From Laetmonice hystrix (lineage: Eukaryota): a stretch of 64,000 bases of DNA. This document shows, in pieces, positions 1-10,900 of this stretch. The notes under the pieces are model-generated. The model worked only from the letters and a program-made list of their open reading frames with translations. It searched no databases and was not told the DNA's origin. The first letter of the stretch is position 1, and every line of letters starts with the position of its first letter. The stretch lies in NCBI GenBank assembly GCA_965235115.1, contig OZ249448.1:25854001-25918000 (forward strand), written 5' to 3'. The translations under genes were made by a program, and so were the position numbers.

Positions 1-143
1 ATCAAATTACTGGACTTTTCCTGCACTGGAGCAAGTATTCATTAATTTTCTGAACTTTTCCCGACTCAGGAGGCACCAATATCGAATTCCTGGACCTTTC
101 CATGTTCCCCAGGGATAGTGTTAATTTTTCTGGCCACACTCAC

Positions 144-3100
144 CGACACTGCCTGACCTCCTGATGTTATGGAGGTCAACACGTTGGCTGCAGTGGCTCC
201 CCCTGGGGCCACTGCTGTACTTGATGTCACTGATGAAGATGTAGACGTTACTGTTGTTACAGCAGCATCCTTGGACAGTGCCTTTTCAGCCTCAGCTTGG
301 CCTTTTTTGTTAGCAATGTCTGAAATAAAATAAGGGTGTTTTTGCAGTCAATTTATCACTAAAGTTCTCAACGTATCTAACTTTACTACATGTACTAATT
401 GTTTCTGTATGACATGCATACAAGTATCCCGACTGTGCTTTCTCATTTTTCCCTTCACATTTTCCCAAAGACACACTGTAATGTTCTGATTTATACAGAT
501 AGTAGGCCTCTGACTGTCTTACCTATGGCCGTTTTTAACTTTTCATTCAAGGACCGCACCGTGGCAGTGAGCTGCAGTGCATCCTGAAGCTCTTTGGAGG
601 TGGTGGAGGTGATGGCGTCCCGCTGAAGGCTCTCCATCTTGGCCATGATCTGGGCAAACACCTGGGGAGCCTTCTTGATGGTGTCGGGCACGTGTTTCAT
701 GTGCTGACAGGTGGCAAGTAGCTGACTGACCTGGTGTGAGGTCATCTGGATCTCCTGGTGAGCCTTGGTGATTATCTGTAGCCTCTGCTGGGCCTCCTGC
801 CTGAAACAGGGAACAACACCATTCTGTTTGAAACCAGTTCTCCTACACTAAACCTACACCTGGTAAATCACTTTGATATGTAATCAGGCCTTGTTCTTTG
901 AAAAGTCCAGGCAGAAAGTAATTACTTGTCAAAACTTCAATTTCAGCCTCTGTCTATGAACGTATGTATGAATGGACATACGTACGGATGGAAGGCAAAT
1001 TGGGGCTAAATATTAGCACAAAGAATACTGGGTAATAATGCCATCAAATTTTCTTCCACTACCTTTTTTTAGCTTCCTCTTGCTCCAGCTGGCGACGACC
1101 TGCCTCAGCCTCACGCATTTTGGTATCAAGGCGCCTGGCATGCTGCTGTGAACGTTCTCTCAATTGTTGCTCCATCCGCTGCTTCTCAGCAAATCGAGCA
1201 CGGAAATCAGCCTCGGCTGCTGCCAACTGCCGCTGAGCCTCGGTGGCCTTGCGGTAGTAGAGCTGGTCAAGAGCATTCTCTGCCTGCTCTACCAGAAGTT
1301 TGGATGTTTTCTCAAAGAGCATTTGTCGCTCATCCAAATATGTCTGATAATGGACAGAATTCAATACATAGCTTAGACCGAGTATTACCCTTTAGACTGT
1401 AAATAAAACATTTAAAGCATGTCCAAAAGTTAAAGGCTTAAATTTCAGTCATTTTTCTTAAAAGTAAACAATATACCAGGGCTCTCACTGGAGTTTTCAG
1501 TAGAAGGGTCAGAGACTTCTGTCTATTTTTTTGGGGGGTCAACCCTCAAAAGTCAGGGGTCAAGCATGGTCAGTTCACAACTTTGAAGAGTCAAATGCAT
1601 GCCAGTATTTTTGTCTAATCTAAACCCGTAGTCAACGTGTTGTTGAGTGTGCTCATATGTAGATAATGAAATTGGCCACTCGACGAGAGCGTTTTTATTT
1701 ATTTCAGTCATTATGCATGCCTTTTGCAGTGGAGGGTTGTAACCCAGCATACCATTCTCTAGTCTGGGGGTCAAAATTGGGGGAATCTTCGTGCGTCGCA
1801 CTGACTCCTGCTGGTTTTTATTGTGCGTCAGACTAAACACTTCATGCGTATTTGACCCGAGACCTCGGGTCATCGAGAGCCCTGATATACCATAAATTAT
1901 GTTACAAGATTAGAGTTATATTTTATCAAGTGAAAGCTAAGCACCCTGCTTTGATAAAGTTCAGAGGCATTGGTTATAACTTACCAAAAGGTGATTGTCA
2001 CAGGACTGCCATCAAAGCTCATTTAATAACATCAAATAATTCAAAAATAGATTAATTAAATATTCACACCTTGGCCTGATGTTTGAGTTTGTCTTCATAA
2101 TTCTTTATGGCGACTTCCACCAAGGTAACCTCTGGTGAAATGAAATTATCCTCTGTAGTAACAGTTGATCTGTCTGGAGATGTGGAGCGATCGGTTAACA
2201 CACGATGTCGACGTGCCTTAGTCGACACCTCATTAATCTGATGATCAGCAACTCTTGAAGTTTCTTCTTCATTACGTAACCTGCAAGAAAAGATATTTAT
2301 AACTGGCTTCTATCTCATTACTCAACGTTAAAATTTTATTCATGTAACTGCCGTTATATTTCTTAATTAATTGGCTTTACAAAAAAAAGAAAAATAATTT
2401 TTTTAAATGGGTGCTTTCATATGTTATCTTTTGTACCCAATGGTCCATGTCTCGTCATCACTTGAATGGTCATCTTGCTGGTCCCTCCAGGATCCGTCCA
2501 GGACAGAGCATGGTGATCGTCCGTGGCCAGGAGATCTCTTGTATGCTGTAACTGCTGGAGGAGATGTACACTCCTTCAACATTCCCTGGAAACAAAATAA
2601 CATTCTTACATTCAGCCTGCTTCATCAAAATGTGTCAGTGGTAGATGCAGCCACTTGACCACTTTGGGGCCTACTGATTACTTTACTGAGGACAAAGTAG
2701 TGAGGTACCGGCGGTACCGTTCAATTCTTTATAGTGTGCAGCGCTGAACATGGCGCCGGTGTTCAAAGTGCTGTTATGGCAACACACTTTAGTAACTTTC
2801 TTTAACAGATTCCAAGCAGTTAGCAACTTTTCCATTTGATTATACCTACGATTTACTTGAAATCAACTGTCAGAAATGTAACAGGCAATTAATGTCAATT
2901 ATGGCTGCTTGATCGGAGCGAAAATGGTAAAAAGCACAGCCTGTGAATCTGTGATGCAGTTCTATTTTAGCATGGAAACTAGCAGGCGCGGATCTAGGAT
3001 TTTTAAGGGGGTGGCTAGGAGCCTTGGACAGGTCGAGCGCCAAAGGCCCAATAATATCCTGCTAGGGGGGTCCAGGACAAGTGCGCTCTAAATTTTTTTT

Positions 3101-3478
3101 TAATTTAAGGTGCAATTTGGTGCATTTTGGTGCATTTTGGAGCAAAAAATGCTGTATTTAAATGAAATGTCAAAAATGATTAGCAAAAAAAAAAAAAAAA
3201 AAAAAAAGTGGCTAGCCACCCAAACAATTCACCCCCCTGGAATGGATCCGCCGACTAGGCCTATTTTCTGGCAGGCAGCGATATGTTTTACATTTGACCG
3301 ATAAGTTTTGTGACCCAACCGACCCCCCCCCCCTCAAAAAAAAATACTGGACGATAATAGGGGTGATTGTTACAAAACCTACCTCAACACCTCCCTTCTC
3401 ATACCAACAGCGATCGTATTTCAATTGCCCTTTACTTGTTTTCTGCAGAGAGACAAGGGTGTTGCTTAATGTTGCCAT
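144..3478 (-). CDS. GLE1: mRNA export factor GLE1, 5' part. Coding exons 3383-3478, 2437-2585, 2070-2280, 1063-1343, 523-800, 144-319; gene continues beyond position 1
   Basis: Exons join with GT-AG ends and consistent phases. The translation MATLSNTLVSLQKTSKGQLKYDRCWYEKGGVE|GMLKECTSPP...VEVAIKNYE...QHARRLDTKMREAEAGRRQLEQEEAKKRQEAQQRLQIITKAHQEI resembles my recollection of the human GLE1 N-terminus and coiled coil (LKALRSSDKGRLCYYRDW..EDVLEECMSLP..HRAKILNLKLREAEQQR). The diagnostic C-terminal GLE1 domain is outside the window. Confidence 0.8.
1477..1884. mobile_element. Non-autonomous hAT-like MITE (GLE1 intron 3) with 6-bp target-site duplication
   Basis: Terminal inverted repeats CAGGGCTCTC (1477) / GAGAGCCCTG (1875-1884), flanked on both sides by ATATAC. 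Confidence 0.7.
2983..3251. mobile_element. MITE with CAGGCGCGGATC...GGATCCGCC termini (GLE1 intron 1)
   Basis: Imperfect inverted termini. A related partial copy lies in the opposite orientation at ~35365-35471 (shared GGATC[CT]AGGATTTT and CCTGCTAGGG..GTCC). No clear TSD. Confidence 0.5.
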
Positions 3479-4963
3479 TGAACCACGTTTATACCGACAA
3501 GTACAACATATATCAGCACTGGTCACCGGACTGCCGCTTTCACGACTCCGCTTGTTTAGTTCAACTTGGTTCCAGGTGGGGATGCAACACTGCACCATAC
3601 TACATATTCGTTAGAACGGGTACCCGAATAGACTGTTTCACTGTTCTCCCGCTAGGGGCGAGGGCCGTGCAGTACCTACGCAGAAGGAAACAACCCTATT
3701 TCTCTCCCACTACACTAAGACCTGTAAGGGACGATCAGTTGTTTTTTTTATGATAGAGTCTATGTCTATGAGTCTGACAATGATATGAGGCACGTGGGGC
3801 AAGGGGGGGGGCTCATTTTACCGCCACCTGGTGGAATAACGGAGAAACACACAGTTTATGTCACTTAGCCTACCGGTTGTATTTAGAAATCGAGTTTCAT
3901 GTAATATCTCTGGCCGAATAACCAGTGTCTGGCCAGTGGGGTATCTCGAAAGACTACCTTTAACCCTGGTTTGACCTTAGTCTTGTCAATAAATTGTTAC
4001 ATAACGGACTACATGTAGCGATCCTATTATGCAGAACGGAAACTTTGATTTACCGGAATGGACTCTAAATTTTAGTACCGCACCCCCCCCCCCCCCCGCC
4101 GTTGAATAAATAAGGCGAAAAAAAACTATAATATTTTTTTTATATTTGTCTCCTATTTCCAACCGGATGAAATTTTCCCTCCACTTGGGCTCTTTTATTT
4201 TTGAGGTTACTCTGCCAATCCAGCTTGCCCCCAACAAGTGGCAGCAATCTGGCAAATTTACCATGCTGTCCCAGGGTTGGGAAATATTTTTAAAAGTTTT
4301 GTATGAATTTATGTTTGTCCTTTTTCTGTGACTCATTTGAGTTAGGCCTGCCCTAGGGCATTAGTGTTATAGGCCTACCCGGTATGAAAAACTATAGGCC
4401 TAGGCCTAGTGAGGAAAACATGCCTACTCAGGTACTCCCATGCCAAATTTAGTTTTCAGATCAATTGGGCACTTGAGCACATGATTAAAATAGGCTACAT
4501 AAGAAACCTCTTTTCTTCTGAAATTAAGCCTATCCGAAAAAAAACTATTAGCCTATAAAAAAAATTAAAAAGCGCGCCCCTGTCTCAGGAGATAAATGAA
4601 ATGATCGAGAGACAACTATAGATCTATCATTTTTTCGGCCTAGACCAACCAAATAAAGAACCCAATATTGAAAAAATAAGCAAATAAATAATGAAAATTC
4701 TAAAATAAATAAATTTTGCGGCGTTTGAGTGACTTAATGAACTAATAAAAAAAACGGCAACATGAAGTTTTTTTTTCTCCCTTTTGACACTACCCCCGGC
4801 AAGCCACCCGCCATCTGATGTAATCACGTGCGTTCCGGCAATTCCGTACTGTTCCGATCTGGCTTTTAATGCAGTTGTCCTTGTTTGTGGGAGAGGCCGT
4901 ACGGGTCTTGCAGTCTGACATACACGTGCTTGGCTGGAGTTTTGTCATTGCCAAAACCCAAGA
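3479..4963. promoter_or_regulatory. Shared divergent promoter region of GLE1 and CLUH, with a CTCF-like motif at 3821-3834
   Basis: About 1.5 kb lies between the two start codons. It contains CCGCCACCTGGTGG (reverse complement CCACCAGGTGGCGG), E-boxes CACGTG at ~3791, 4825 and 4923, and several TAGGCCTA palindromes. Confidence 0.5.
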
Positions 4964-7900
4964 ATGACTGGAGTCTGTGAGACAAACGGGGAGCGACAGA
5001 CAGGGACACAAGAAGATGGCATCAAGATACAACCAAAAGAGCCAGTAAAAGACAAGTTCCAAGTGAATGGCAAAGGTAGGTAGATATTTTCTGTGGATGC
5101 CCTTGACGATGACCGGTTCCCGAACAGACGTCAGTGCGGAGCGTCTGCCGTCAGCTGTGGTCTGCACACGGGCCTCGGTCGATGGCCTCCCGTTCGCTTA
5201 TCAGCTACGCAGTGCCCGGTGGACCCTGACAGCGACGCTAAACCATTTAATTCTAGTCTTTGCGGACAGAAATCATAGATGTCTGATAAAGAAGGTATAT
5301 TGTGAGAGTTATTGGAGGCGGGTTTTTATTTTTATAGCGGAGACAGCCAGTGCTGTGCTAACGTAGGTTGGTTACCAAACGCGCGTTCGACCTTGGGAGG
5401 GTACGCAGACGGGATGGACACAGTGGCGCCGCAGCAATCGCTGAGTCCGAGCCAAGGTTACGTGGGTTCACTTCCAATGACCTCTGTAAACATCACAGGG
5501 ACTGCCTTATTAGACTGGTTGGGCAGAATGTGTACATTTAATATACAATAATAGATTTTTCTCTGTAGAACCTAGAGGAATATCTACTTAGATTAGATAG
5601 ATTGATGTGTCTCAGAGTTGACGAAGTCGAAGTTGTACTTGAGTTGTAGGTCAAAAGCCAAAGGTCATAGGCAGCCTGCTGTAGACACTCTAGGCCTATG
5701 TACATGTGCGTTAATTACTGCTATTCACATGGTATAATTAAACTGTCTGCTGCTTGATAATGACTAATGTCCAGTGTTTCTGTTTTGCTTGCTGCTGGTA
5801 CCGTGCACTGGTCAGGGGCGTACCCAGCCAATTTTGAAGTGGACTCAAGGGGTCCGTTTCACTAAGCTGGCGACGTCGCCCGTCAAAATGTCGCCAACGT
5901 TAAAGCAATAGGATACGTCGCCAGAACAGGCGACATATTACCTTATATGGGGCAGCGACGTCCCATTTGGCGAGGTTGCTGGCTTTAAATAATAATGAAA
6001 TGGGGCCTTGAATGCCGACTCAACACTGGGGAAGGGGTGACCCCCCCCCCCCCCCAACACACACCAATCAAACCCCTGGTCAGAGGGTTGTATTACCATT
6101 TACTAAGGCTGAAATTTTGGCACTTTCCTATATTAAAAGCCGAACGACCTTAAACAAGTCAGCATATATTAGGCCTAATTACATAAAATAAATTATAAAA
6201 GCATTTCAAGCTAAGAAATTTCATTCAGATAGGTTTCAATATAATATATTGAAAATCCTGGGGGTGGGCGTGGCAGTATAACATGGCCAGTCCTAAGTGG
6301 TGGCAGAATGAACTAGGATGGCCAGGCTACTTCCATAACTCTAAAAATGAAGACGCTTAACCCCAAAAAGTAGGACAGGTCATGAAAGGAGGACACTCAA
6401 GTTAATTTTTACCAGGAAATTTTAAAATTGTTTTAAACCAAATAATTTATTGGGAAATAATCTAGATACAGTAAATTACATAAACCTATGCTATGGCTAT
6501 TAAGCAGCAAAATAACCTGTTTCGCATCGCAAATTGCTATACAACTGATGCAATTTGCTAATCATTTTCCAAAATGTTCAGTATAATTTAGTACTATCTG
6601 CTAATCAAACTTTTATTTTGCTAGTCAAATTTTCTGGATTATTTTGAGCCTTGGGCTATGTACGGTGACGTTAGGCCATTAAGTTAAATATGTGTCCTAT
6701 ATTTAATTCTATAGATGTGTTGGGCCTACTTTCTCTCCCTTTTTTTGTTTTGTTTTTGTTTTTGAGAAATGATGTGGACTCAGCTGTGTATTTGCGTATA
6801 GGTAGGCGCATGCTGGTAGTTACATTTAATCATAGTAACTAAGTCATAACAGTGAGATAATGTAAAAGCTAGAGTTTTACTTAAAAGCCAGTAATTTATG
6901 ATGTGTTGGTGTGCAGGGCTTATTCATCCAGTATGCAGCCAGCAGTACACATGCAGGCCTGCTTAAAATTGCAGTCTGAGGTTTTTTCAAGACCAGCTGA
7001 AATTTAATTTTCTGTCAGTGTCAACTTATTCTCAGGTTATTGCAGAAGTTTTCAATAAGATATAAGGGGGGGGGTTATGGGGGTTGCAAACCCCCCACCC
7101 CACCTCCCTTCTTACGAAGTAAATTTTCTTGATGTTTTTTTTGAAAGGTTCACACAAACATACACACACCCTACTGCACCCACAACCACCCTCTTGTCAC
7201 CCAATTCCCCCCCCCATTGCCATTGTCAATTCTGCTATTTTTGATGGTGAATGGTGATATCTTTTCGCCTGCGTAGGTTGTACATGTCACATGTACAAGG
7301 TAATCCTGGAACAATCCGTTTTATTTGTTTTTCAGAATCGGGTTCAGATGATGGTCTGTCAGAGGTCAAGGTCAATGGTGTGCTGACCAATGGGAATCCG
7401 ACTACAGTATGCAAGGAAAAGGGAGAGGTTGAAGATGGAGGGAAGACTACAAGCTCGGTACGGGACCCTCCCTCTGTATCTGATCAGAATGAACCTGAGA
7501 AGGAGGCCGAGAGTGTTGTGATTATCCAGGACACCGGCTTCATGGTTTACATCGAGGCACCTGGTGTGGAGCGCTTTGAGCTGCCTGTAAGTCTGTACCA
7601 GATGTACTGTGAATAAATTTAATATGAAAGTTTTACATTACCCCCAATATTTATGAGGGCAAACATTTTTTAATAATGTTGAGGCCTCGTATTTAAAAAT
7701 AACTGTTGCAGATAACATTAATGACAGGTGATGTTGTTAAAACCTTACATTTTGTGCATTTAAAGTCAGACTTTTCTTATTATTAAATAACTTCTTAGAA
7801 CCCGTATAGGAAATAGAATTTTGGAGAAGTGTAAACTTTAAACATTTTTCTGATGACAGGTAAGTACGATGGAGCTGGTGCAGGAGATCTACCAGGTACT

Positions 7901-10900
7901 AGTTGACCGTGAAGACACGTGCCATCGCACCTGCTTCTCCCTTCAAGTGGATGGGAACACACTCGATAACTTTGCTGAACTAAAAAGTATTGAAGGTCTT
8001 GTAGAAGGCTCTGTAATCAAGGTTGTGGAAGGTCAGTGTATATTTTGTATATTTATGATGTATTTTGTACATACTTCACACTACTGTTTTTCTACATTCA
8101 GTGTTTTCCGTGTATGCAGTTTTCCACATTTTTCTTACCTTGGAAACCCTGGGGTGCATTTAAATCCAAAGATATCTTTGAAAACCTCGCTGGAGCCTGG
8201 TATACATGTTTTATTCTCAGCAAAGCCAGTCATATTAAATTGTCAACTTTATTCCTAAAGAGGCATACACAATGCGTGAAGCACGCATTCACGTCCGACA
8301 CATCCGAGATCTTCTCAAGTCAATTGATTCAATCGATGCCTACAACGGGGCCGACTGTGCCTCCCAGTCCTTCCTGAACACGGTCACAGGAGGTGACATC
8401 CTGGGTAGGTATTGTCATACCTCCTACAAACCTTTCATCCAGAAAATGCAGAAAAATGTTTTTTCATAATGAGGAATTAATAATTAAAATTTAAATTCAG
8501 TGCCTCTCGTTCAACTGTATGAAACTAAAGCTTTCTGACAATTACATACAATTTTGGTATTTTGTTTCAGATAAGAAAAGGATAAAGCCAGAAACCCTTG
8601 AGTGTACTCCTCCAGACTACATTATGCCTGGAAGTAAAGACCGACCTATACTACCGTTACATCCCTATAGTAAGGACAACAAGGTAATTCTCAGTAGTAT
8701 GAAAACTTCACACAAACAAAGCTCTTGTAATCATGGTGAAAGCCTGCAGAGGCAGAAATCCTGACAGATCCCAGATTAATGTTGGAAGTACTCGTTAATT
8801 TGTGTCATTCTAGACTCCGCAGTGTCTCAGGGTGATCACATACAGTGGATGGAACCCTCCGCCTGGACCGAGACGGCTGCATGGTAGATATAATTAAAAT
8901 GTTTAAATTTTGGTGGGGAAAACGAACGGTTCAGTAACATATGTAGTTCCTGGTATGCCGAGTGAAGATGGCAGTGAGTGTAGTTGAAGGTAAGCATGAG
9001 CTGTTTGTGGTTTCAGGAGATCTGCTTTATCTGTACATTGTGACGATGGAGGAGAAACGTTACCACATCACCGCATCCATGAAGGGATTCTATGTCAACC
9101 AGTAAGTCACCACCTCATGAACCAGAAAGGCAAATGTAAAGTCAGCTGTGCATATTTTTATAATTACTCAACTTCAAAAACAGGATGCAGAATCTATATT
9201 TAACACTTTGGGTAAATTGATCATGTTTGAAAAAAATTATGGTGAAGAATTTTGTTCCTGTGATAATATGCTCTGTTGGTGTACAGGTCGACGTCGGATG
9301 AATTCAATCATCGACCGGCATCTCAGCCCCATCTCTGTCACTCCCTGATTGACCTTCTCAATCAGATCAGCCCAACCTTCAAGAAAAACTTTGCCTTACT
9401 GCTGAAAAAAAGGTGAGCTTAGAGACCACTGAACACAGAGGGTCAGTAATACTCATGAAATTTTCAGTTTCTTAGATTGTGGATATTGTAAGTTGACAAA
9501 GAAATAATGACTTTTGCCTGTTTTGCCTGTACAGAGCTCAGAAGCATCCGTTTGAGCGGGTTGCGACACCTTACCAAGTTTATAGTTGGTTGTCGCCAGT
9601 ACTTGATCACAGTATTGATTACATCAGAGCTGAGGATGGTGAGTGACACGTAACAATAAAAATGGAGAGGGGGATACATTCCAAGTTTTGGTGCTCGACA
9701 AATCTCCCACGTGAGGGGAGTTGAATAAGATTATATCAAAAACTTCGGAAGCATGTATGAGTTGACTGCAGAATGAAGTGTTTTGGGGGAAGCGTTTTGG
9801 GCTTACCAAGCTGATTAAAGCTAAATAACTATTAGATCTAACAAGAAGCTTGGTTTCTCGGGGGGACAGCTTTCTCCTCGAGACTTGGATATGAAGAACA
9901 CATCCCAGGACAGACGAGGGACTGGAACGAAGAGCTTCAGACAACCAGAGAACTGCCACGGAAAAATCTACCAGAGAGGCTTATAAGAGAACGGGCAATT
10001 TTCAAGGTAGGCTATGAGAAATATCAGTTGGCCAAACGATGGTGTTTTTATTTTAGAATTGTACATGTTGTGAATGAGGTAGTTGTCAAGGACTGGAGAA
10101 TGTTGATTTCTAGGAATATAGCGGTGATCTGGTACAGATTACAGTGGGAGTACAGGGTGCCACATCAACCCGTCATTTTGAATGATTTAAAGTTTACTCT
10201 GTGTTGATAGGTACACAGTGACTTTGTCGTCGCTGCGACACGAGGAGCAGTCGCTGTTGTCGATGGTAACATAATGGCCATCAACCCAGGAGATGAAACA
10301 AAGTAGGTTATCCTAGCTAGAATGGTTCTGAAAGGTTTTTATGACAATACAGGAAACATCGTAACAAAGGCTGACAGTGGTAATTGACCAAATCCATATT
10401 GTTTTTTGAGTTGTGTGATAATTTGACTTCTAGTGTAGATAGTTGAAGTATCATAATTATTTATTAGTGCCAGATGAGCTGCGATCTGTACAAATAAGCT
10501 GTACATTTATTATTATTATTATTTTACTTGGTAGGATGCAGATGTTCCTGTGGAACAACATATTCTTCAGTCTTGGCTTTGACGTAAAGGATCACTACAA
10601 AGATTTTGGAGGAGATGCGGCTGCCTATGTGGCTCCGGTCAGTTTTTGTTTCATTCCACGGGAATTTTAATGCGGGTAACAGCCACATAGAAGTACCTCT
10701 TCCAGGTGTCACACAGCAATCAGGAGCTTGTCCTTACGTTGTTATTTAATTGCTGTTGCCAGGGTAACGACCTTCAGGGTGTGAAAGCCTATGCCAGTGT
10801 TGACACAGAAGGACTGTATACCCTTGGAACAGTGGTGGTCGACTACCGTGGCTACCGAGTGACAGCACAGTCCATCATTCCAGGTGATGAATTTATTACA

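Noticed and set aside
2684-2751. ATG in good context on the minus strand as the GLE1 start
   Set aside because: It closes after 22 codons. The exon at 3383-3478 matches the GLE1 N-terminus and phase.
144-3478. CCDC92-like identity for the coiled-coil gene, suggested by the human neighbour of CLUH
   Set aside because: The sequence does not resemble CCDC92 and does match GLE1 motifs.
5067-5366. 99-aa ORF as the CLUH N-terminus
   Set aside because: It reads through the strong donor at 5075 in a different frame. The ATG at 4964 gives the phase-compatible first exon.
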